NCBI GenBank assembly: GCA_963729895.1
Contig: CAVSQB010000026.1
Location: 111,881-175,880, forward strand
Length of the DNA stretch: 64,000 nt
Source: an uncultured Fibrobacterota bacterium
GTDB taxonomy: Bacteria > Fibrobacterota > Chitinivibrionia > Chitinivibrionales > FEN-1185
Reading direction: 5' to 3'
Both the position numbers and the translations under genes were made by a program. This document shows, piece by piece, positions 57,434 through 64,000 of the stretch. Position 1 is the stretch's first letter, and the number at the start of each line of letters is the position of its first letter. The notes beneath the pieces were generated by a model, which saw nothing but the letters and a program-made list of their open reading frames with translations, did not search any database and was not told the origin of the DNA.

Positions 57434-58745
57434 CAGGTTGTTGAAATAGTCCTAACAGAAGCGCTCTTGTTGATTTTTTATGAACCTAACTTCAACTTTA
57501 CATATGTCAGAGAGGTTTTACCTGCCTCGTTCCGAGGCATTTCCCCGGATTCCCAGGCCATTCTCATGCTGCCCCCACCGTTTGCGGCATCAACTTAACC
57601 ATGCGTATCAAGTTGTACGCTGCGGCAACCACGTAGGCAACAGTCTGGTTGATTCGTATTCCTCTTACCCGAGTTTTCCGCAGGCCACCGACGCTCTTGA
57701 TCCACCCAAATATCTCTTCAACCCGTTTTCGTTTCCTTTGACTTACGCTGTATCCCTTATGCCGAGTCGTTCTTCCATCCAACCCTTTAAGCGAAGTGTT
57801 GGCCTTCTCGGCAATGTGAGGCTTCACGTGCAGGCGTCGCAGGCTCTTGATAAATTCGGTTGCATGATACCCTTTGTCTGCACCCACCGTCTTCATCCGG
57901 CGTTTTCCGCGCCTGCGTTCATGCTTTATCAGCTCAAGCGCCATATCCCGTTCCGCTGTCCCCGTCGCTGGCGCAATGGCGATATCAACACACAACCCAT
58001 TTCGGTTTTCCATCAGCACGTGACCGGAATACGCCAGCTGCGCTCCCGTTCTCTTGTTCTTCCGAGCCAACAGCGCCTCTGGATCGGTCGAACTCTGATG
58101 TGTCTCATTGCTTCGCTTCTCATGGTGGAAATCAACCGACGGATTACTCCGATCATCGTCAGTCTTGTTCGCCGATTCCGCGTCTTTTCGCTTGAAGCTC
58201 TTCATCGATGCCCAGGCTTCAATCAACGTGCCGTCAACCGTGAAATGCTCATCGGACAACAACTCTTCGGAACGAGCAAGACGCACGATTTCCTGCATCA
58301 GCCGGTGCGCAATCTCCTGTTCCATAAGTCGATCTCGGTTCTTCGAAAACACACTATGATCAAACGATGCCGCATCCAGATCCATGTCAAGAAACCATCG
58401 GAACAGAATGTTATAGTCCAGCATCTCGCAAAACAACCGGTCCGACCGTATCGAAAACAAAGCCATCAATATCTGTGCTTTCAAAAGCCATTCCGGCGGT
58501 ATCGAAGGGCGTCCCATCCGGCTGTACATCGCCTCAAAGTCACGAGAAAGGCGGCGCAGCGCTATGTCCGTAAACTGTTTGACACGACGAAGCGGGTGTG
58601 TTGCCGGCACTCGGGAATCCGGAGAAACGAAGCTGAACATACCGCCTTGGGCTGGCTGGGAACCTCTCATCAATACTCCTTGGTTCGGGTTCCCCTATAA
58701 TATAAGGATAAATGTTTACAAAAGGGAGACTTTTTCAACACCCTG
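57434..58745 (-). mobile_element. IS5-family insertion sequence
   Basis: IRs CAGGTTGTTGAAATAGTC / CAGGGTGTTGAAAAAGTC (16 of 18 identical), CTAG duplicated at 57430-57433 and 58746-58749. Confidence 0.93.
57564..58670 (-). CDS. IS5-family transposase
   Basis: GRPSIPPE, FTVDGTLIEAWAS, GADKGY, RKRVEEIFGW. Confidence 0.95.
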   Translation of the reverse strand: MRGSQPAQGGMFSFVSPDSRVPATHPLRRVKQFTDIALRRLSRDFEAMYSRMGRPSIPPEWLLKAQILMALFSIRSDRLFCEMLDYNILFRWFLDMDLDAASFDHSVFSKNRDRLMEQEIAHRLMQEIVRLARSEELLSDEHFTVDGTLIEAWASMKSFKRKDAESANKTDDDRSNPSVDFHHEKRSNETHQSSTDPEALLARKNKRTGAQLAYSGHVLMENRNGLCVDIAIAPATGTAERDMALELIKHERRRGKRRMKTVGADKGYHATEFIKSLRRLHVKPHIAEKANTSLKGLDGRTTRHKGYSVSQRKRKRVEEIFGWIKSVGGLRKTRVRGIRINQTVAYVVAAAYNLIRMVKLMPQTVGAA

Positions 58746-59183
58746 CTAGTCGCCTTCGGCGAGGGTCGGCCGGCAATCCCGCCATAGCGGGACTTCCAGT
58801 CGCCCCTAACGCGAAACAAAAGAAACAGCCGTCCATCCACAATCTTTCTTCAATCGTGCCACCTTTAACTGTCAATTACCAACTTTGTTCGTGAGCGCCC
58901 CTGCAAACGATATGGGGGGAGGTTGTTGACTCTTGCGACTGCACTATCCAGCGGGCCGCCTGCAGAGCGGGCAGCGAAGTTGCAATCATCATACCATAAA
59001 AAATACTTTCCCCCAGCTAGAAAAACGTCATTACGATTATTCTTACATCGTCACCACGGCTGTGCCCGCGTCCTGATAAATGGCGAACCGTGGACCCGAT
59101 TTTTATTATATTAAGCGAAGAGGCAACCAATCCTGTTTGCGGTTACAACAAGAATGAGTTTTCACTCGAGAGAAAGGATTCTC

Positions 59184-59807
59184 ATGAAGCGCATTTGTCT
59201 GACTGTTCTTTGCTTCGTCGCACTTGCCGGCATTGCGGTTACGCCGGGGGCCGAACCCATGCTCACCCTCACCATAGGGCCTACCTGGCCTCAGGCGCTG
59301 CTTTCCACCGGCATTCCGCCGGGCGACGCGGAACTCGAGTACGGCATGATGATTGATAAAAAGGTGGCATTCGGGATAGCCGGGGATTTTCTTTGGAACG
59401 TACAGTCGAAAGAGGCGAAGGATTCGACGGGAGCGCACTTCATAACGATCAGCGAACAGAACACCTTCATGTTCCCTATCATGGGCTTCTTTCTCCTCGA
59501 CCCTGTTCCCAACCTTATTGTTCACCCGGTGGGCCGCTTTCAGATCGGCTACAATTCGATGATTTACAGTTACAAGCAAACAGACAACACCTCTGGAACA
59601 ATGACTCCCCTGAGTCCCTATTTTTACGGTCTCATCATCAAAGCAAGCGTTGATGCCCTTTACAACCTTGGAGAGCACAGCTCTTTGTTTCTCGGTCTCG
59701 AATACCAATGGGCCGACACCAAGACCACGAGCAACACAAATGGTGAATTTGACAAGCGCGACATGAGTGGCGTCGGAATCAGGGCGGGGTTCAGGGTGGT
59801 GTTGTAA
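59184..59807 (+). CDS. Small outer-membrane beta-barrel protein
   Basis: Signal peptide, alternating aromatic beta strands, C-terminal GIRAGFRVVL. Confidence 0.7.
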   Translation: MKRICLTVLCFVALAGIAVTPGAEPMLTLTIGPTWPQALLSTGIPPGDAELEYGMMIDKKVAFGIAGDFLWNVQSKEAKDSTGAHFITISEQNTFMFPIMGFFLLDPVPNLIVHPVGRFQIGYNSMIYSYKQTDNTSGTMTPLSPYFYGLIIKASVDALYNLGEHSSLFLGLEYQWADTKTTSNTNGEFDKRDMSGVGIRAGFRVVL

Positions 59808-59866
59808 ATGACATTTGTTGAGATAGCCGAAACGTGCGAATCTTGATGAAATGCCATGTGATTTTC

Positions 59867-60030
59867 GTGCCAGGGAGGATTGAAGCGGTCCCGCTGTAGC
59901 GGGATTGCCGGCCGACGACCCTTGGAAGCACTCGACGGGGTGCCCGGCCGACAGGTATAGGTCGGTCCGGCAACGAGGCCGACGGCCGAGCCCGCAAGGA
60001 GGCCCGGTGCCGAAGCCAGGCGCCCGGCAT
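59867..60030 (-). repeat. Family A copy (minus strand) carrying an inserted hairpin module
   Basis: GCTCGGCC..GGCCTCGTTGCCGGACCG..CCGGCAATCCCGC.A.AGCGGGA shared with the 57359 copy. Confidence 0.8.
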
Positions 60031-60104
60031 GGGGCCTGGTTCTTCACTCTCCCCGAATTCCTCCTCGTGAAGTATCTTCTCACTCTTTGTCAACAATGGA
60101 ATAT

Positions 60105-60542
60105 ATGCGAATCGTTCTCCAACGGGTCACACGCGCATCCGTCTCGGTCAACGGGATCACAACGGGTTCCATCGGCCACGGCATCCTTGTCCTCCTCGGC
60201 ATCCACGCACGCGATACCCGCTCCCAAGCCGACGCCTTGGCGGGCAAATGCGTCTCCCTGCGCATATTTTCCGACGCCGCGGGAAAGATGAACCGATCCC
60301 TCGCCGACACCGACGGCGGCGCACTCGTGGTGTCGCAATTCACCCTGTACGGGGACTGTACCAAGGGCACCCGGCCCAGCTTTACAAACGCGGCGGCCCC
60401 GGAGCCGGCCAGGGAACTGTACGAGTACTTTGTCGCACAGCTTCGGTCGCGCTGCCCGAACGTCGGAACGGGCGAGTTCGGCGCGCTGATGAATATAGAG
60501 CTTGTCAACGACGGCCCGGTGACGTTCGTACTGGACGCATAG
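60105..60542 (+). CDS. dtd: D-aminoacyl-tRNA deacylase
   Basis: MRIVLQRV, VSQFTL, FGA.M...LVNDGPVT. Confidence 0.96.
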   Translation: MRIVLQRVTRASVSVNGITTGSIGHGILVLLGIHARDTRSQADALAGKCVSLRIFSDAAGKMNRSLADTDGGALVVSQFTLYGDCTKGTRPSFTNAAAPEPARELYEYFVAQLRSRCPNVGTGEFGALMNIELVNDGPVTFVLDA

Positions 60543-60555
60543 AAAGACCCTCTCC

Positions 60556-62685
60556 ATGATCACCCGTTGCGCTACGGCGGCCTTTCTGTGGCTCGTCTGC
60601 TGCTTTGTCCCCGTTCTTGGCAACGATTGGCCTGTCCAGCGTCCCCTTTCGGGCTTCGGTTCAAACGGTCCTCACCAGGTTGCCGCCGACAGTTTTCCCG
60701 ACCCCCAGTGGGGGGGCAAAAACGTGTACGTGTTTCATCCTTCCGACACGGCCGGAAAACTCCCGGTGATCCTGTTTTGCCCCGACGTGGGCGCGTCCGG
60801 TCCCGCCGCATACCTTCCGCTTATCAACAACATCGTGAGTCGCGGCTGCATGCTCGTTTTCTCTCCCTGCAAGAACGTCGCCGCCGATCCCTCACAAAAA
60901 AAGAAATACCGGATTCTGATGGACGGATTTGAAACGGCGGTGATCCGGTACGGCTCCCGCGTCGATTCGTCGCGGATCGGAATTATCGGCCATTCCTACG
61001 GCGCCGGGGCCGTGCCGGCGATTGCGTGGCGCAGCCTTGTGGAAAACCAGTGGGGAGCAAACGGGGCCTTCCTGTATATGATGGCGCCGCGGTATTCGTA
61101 TTTCATCACCCAGGACGAACTCGAGATGTTTCCCCGGAAAACCTGTTGCGTTGTGGAGATATTCCACGATGACAAGATCAACGACCGGCGCATGGCTGTT
61201 GACATATTCGACAACATCGGCGTTCCCGGCGACCGTAAGGCGTTCATTGAACTTTTTTCCGATTCCATGCCCGGTTACAAGCTGGCGGCCGACCACGCCA
61301 CGGCCGCAGGCCCGGCGGGCAACGGCGGCGCGGAAAATGCGCTCGATTTTTACGGCGTGCATAAATTCGTGGACGCCGTCGCGGATTACGTTTTTTTGGG
61401 CAACCCCGCAGCAAGGAAAATGGCATTCGATACCGGCAACGCCGGCCAGCGGTTCATGGGGACCTGGCCGGACAAACGGCCCCTCCGCGAATGCACCGTC
61501 ACCCGGTCACCCGATGCCTCGCCGTCGGGGCCGTGCCGTTACGTGTGGGAAAACCCGGCCAATCCGCGCAGGGACGAATCTCCCACGTTTGTTCCCGATG
61601 CCGCTCGGAGCCGTTCTTATTACGCGCGAAAGGCATTCCGGAACTACCGGGCATACGAAAAGGAAAAAATCCGCGAGCGGCGTGCGCGCCGGGCAATGCC
61701 CGGAGATTCGTCCCTGTGCGCGATTGGACCCATAGAGGAAGGATTCGGCTCAGCAGGGCCCTGGCAAACGGCGGTCGACAGCCTTCCGCATCCGCTGTGG
61801 CCCGGCCACTATGTGTATGTTTTCTCTCCAAAGGAAGCGCACGGCATGCGGCCGGTTGTCTTTTTCTGCCACGGCTATGCATCGCCGAACCCGCAGCATT
61901 ACCTGCAGCTTATTTCTCATATAGTAAGCAAAGGCTATGTGGTGGTATTTTCTCCCTATAAAATGGTTGCCATGGACCCGAAGGAAGTCAAGAAATACGC
62001 CAGCATTGAGACCGGGATTGAAGCTGCAATCGACAATTTCCGGGACAGGATCGACACCGCCAAAATCGGGTTCGTGGGGCACTCCTTTGGCGCAGGCGCG
62101 ATTCCCGCGGTCGCTTTGTGGGCGCTCACCGACAAAAACTGGGGGGCGGCATCTTCGTTCATGTACCTCATGGCGCCGTGGTACAGCTACGAGATCGACA
62201 GGATAAAACTTCGCCTCTTCCCCCGGCGCGTCAAGATGATAACCGAAGTGTTTGCCGACGACAAGGTGTGCGACCACCGCATGGCTATTTCCCTGTTCAC
62301 CACCATCGGCGTCCCGCAGGCCGAAAAGAACTATATCATACTCAACACCGATTCACTCGGGTGCTGCAAGTTGACGGCCGACCACAACACCCCCAAGGGG
62401 ACCTATGATCCGCGCAGCGAAGAAGACGCACTCGACTACTACGGCATCTACAGGATTTTCGACGCGCTCGCGGCATACGCATTCGACAACGACGGCGCGG
62501 CAAAGTCGCTGGCCTTCGGTCACGGTGCTCCCACGTGCTTTATGGGAACGTGGCCCAACGGCAAGCCGGTAACGCCTCTCACCGCCACGTCGAACCCGGC
62601 GCCGGCCCAGCCGCAGGACCACTACGCGTTTCCGTGGAAGTCGAGGCTGAATCCATTGAATACGGAGATAATTATGGATAAATAA
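60556..62685 (+). CDS. Secreted protein with two tandem alpha/beta-hydrolase domains
   Basis: Signal peptide; GHSYGAG..DDKIND..ADH and GHSFGAG..DDKVCD..ADH. Confidence 0.85.
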   Translation: MITRCATAAFLWLVCCFVPVLGNDWPVQRPLSGFGSNGPHQVAADSFPDPQWGGKNVYVFHPSDTAGKLPVILFCPDVGASGPAAYLPLINNIVSRGCMLVFSPCKNVAADPSQKKKYRILMDGFETAVIRYGSRVDSSRIGIIGHSYGAGAVPAIAWRSLVENQWGANGAFLYMMAPRYSYFITQDELEMFPRKTCCVVEIFHDDKINDRRMAVDIFDNIGVPGDRKAFIELFSDSMPGYKLAADHATAAGPAGNGGAENALDFYGVHKFVDAVADYVFLGNPAARKMAFDTGNAGQRFMGTWPDKRPLRECTVTRSPDASPSGPCRYVWENPANPRRDESPTFVPDAARSRSYYARKAFRNYRAYEKEKIRERRARRAMPGDSSLCAIGPIEEGFGSAGPWQTAVDSLPHPLWPGHYVYVFSPKEAHGMRPVVFFCHGYASPNPQHYLQLISHIVSKGYVVVFSPYKMVAMDPKEVKKYASIETGIEAAIDNFRDRIDTAKIGFVGHSFGAGAIPAVALWALTDKNWGAASSFMYLMAPWYSYEIDRIKLRLFPRRVKMITEVFADDKVCDHRMAISLFTTIGVPQAEKNYIILNTDSLGCCKLTADHNTPKGTYDPRSEEDALDYYGIYRIFDALAAYAFDNDGAAKSLAFGHGAPTCFMGTWPNGKPVTPLTATSNPAPAQPQDHYAFPWKSRLNPLNTEIIMDK

Positions 62686-62700
62686 GATTATATATAATGA

Positions 62701-64000
62701 CAGTAGTGTCCGGTTAAATTGACAACAAGAGAAGGGCTACCAACCTATTTTTATCGTTGAAGGTTTAGTTTTTGACGATTAAAAAGAGGAGGCAGCCCTT
62801 GAACAGAAGAAATACAATATTCAATCAGATAACGCAACTGTTGAATCGGAAGGGATTCTGGCGCATTGTTAATCGGTACGAAGGAGACAGGTACGTAAAG
62901 AGCATGACCTGCTGGCAGGAGATGCAGATTTTGCTCTTTTCGCTGGTAAAGGATTTGGTCAGCTTTCGGGATGTAGAAGCGTGTCTGAAGAGCAATGCGG
63001 ATAAGTGGGAACATATTGGTCTTGCGAGTGTAGCCCGCAGTACACTGGCAGATGCACTCGCTCTCCGGCCATACAAGATGTTTGAAGATCTTTTCTATCA
63101 GTTTCTGGATAAATGCCAGCGATTGGCACCTCGTCATGACTTTCGGGTAAAGGTTCCGGTATTTACGCATGATTCAACCTTGATCAGCGTATGTCTGTCA
63201 TCGTTTCCATGGGCACGGTATCGCAGGCGCAAAGGTGGATTGAAACTTCATATGCTTCTGGACCATGACGGTTACCTACCGTCGTTTATCCGGATGACGG
63301 ACGGGAAAGTCCATGACATTCGGGTGGTGAAAGATGCCGAATATGATTTTCCTGCGCTTCCGCCGGACAGCATCCTCACCATTGATCGAGGCTACACAGA
63401 TTTTGGCTGGCTTCATTCACTGCATACGACTGGTGTTACATTCGTGATCCTGGCAAAATCCAACATGGCATATCATCTTGTCGGACAGCACAAAGAACCG
63501 AACGTAAGACGCGGAATTATCCGTGATCAGGAAGTCGAAATGTCGAATTTTTACGAAAGCAAGGCATATCCGGAGAAGCTGCGACTGATACAGTATTACA
63601 ACAAGGAGTTAAACAAGAACCTGGTCTTTCTGACGAACAATTTCACGTTGTCGGCAACGACAATTGCTGCACTGTACAAGGGAAGATGGGAGATAGAAAC
63701 ATTTTTCAAGTGGATCAAGCAGCACTTGAAGATAAAGACGTTCTACGGGACCAGCGAAAACGCGGTAATGACACAGGTGTGGATAGCCATGATCTTGTAT
63801 CTCCTGTTGTCGTTTATAAAATTCCAAGCACGGTATGCCTTCACCATGCTGGAATTACTGCGGGTTATCCGAGAAAGGCTGCTTGGTTTTGAAAGCTTGA
63901 TTGAATTACTACGGGTCAATTACGAGCGGTTACGTTCTTTGCGCTCCGCTCCAGTGCAATTATCATTCTATTAGCCATTGGTCAAGAGGTTTAGCCGGAC
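62701..64000 (+). mobile_element. IS4-family insertion sequence (right IR cut by the window edge)
   Basis: Left end CAGTAGTGTCCGGTTAAA; the window ends TTTAGCCGGAC, the start of the complementary IR. Confidence 0.88.
62799..63974 (+). CDS. IS4-family transposase
   Basis: HDSTLI, LKLH, DRGY, YKGRWEIETFFKWIKQHLKIK. Confidence 0.95.
   Translation: MNRRNTIFNQITQLLNRKGFWRIVNRYEGDRYVKSMTCWQEMQILLFSLVKDLVSFRDVEACLKSNADKWEHIGLASVARSTLADALALRPYKMFEDLFYQFLDKCQRLAPRHDFRVKVPVFTHDSTLISVCLSSFPWARYRRRKGGLKLHMLLDHDGYLPSFIRMTDGKVHDIRVVKDAEYDFPALPPDSILTIDRGYTDFGWLHSLHTTGVTFVILAKSNMAYHLVGQHKEPNVRRGIIRDQEVEMSNFYESKAYPEKLRLIQYYNKELNKNLVFLTNNFTLSATTIAALYKGRWEIETFFKWIKQHLKIKTFYGTSENAVMTQVWIAMILYLLLSFIKFQARYAFTMLELLRVIRERLLGFESLIELLRVNYERLRSLRSAPVQLSFY

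Larger units (their letters stand above)
57359..58812 (+). repeat. Family A copy interrupted by IS5 (halves 57359-57433 and 58746-58812)
   Basis: Rejoined halves align with the 21283 and 59867 copies. Confidence 0.8.

Noticed and set aside
1..64000. tRNA, rRNA, prophage or defence-system genes
   Set aside because: No cloverleaf or rRNA signatures and no phage genes recognised; the PglZ domain belongs to a PorX-type regulator rather than a BREX system.

Overview
GC-rich bacterial chromosome segment. The gene content (PorX/PglZ regulator next to tsaE, OmpA proteins with thrombospondin type-3 repeats, a TPAT transporter, a Bacteroidota-style aryl-polyene/flexirubin cluster) suggests an FCB-group organism, possibly Fibrobacterota/Chitinivibrionia (inference). 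Most of the window is housekeeping and envelope genes (accA, accD, pckG, serS, tsaE, lnt, trxA, argD, rnhA, dtd). It also holds three IS elements (ISNCY-like, IS5, IS4), a decayed integron-like remnant and an AT-richer redox island. Most interesting signals: (1) a carboxylation locus where an oxaloacetate/pyruvate carboxyltransferase is fused to a complete AccB-like carrier and sits with accD-accA and PEPCK, with no biotin carboxylase in the window (candidate OAA:acetyl-CoA transcarboxylase); (2) a riboswitch-like attenuator leader on pckG, near a DUF2294/MpsC gene that has its own structured leader; (3) two dispersed families of covarying structured intergenic elements that nest into each other, one of which forms a short repeat-spacer array at ~49.9-50.07 kb. 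No rRNA, tRNA, cas genes or canonical CRISPR array were seen. All family assignments come from motif recognition by eye, not database searches.
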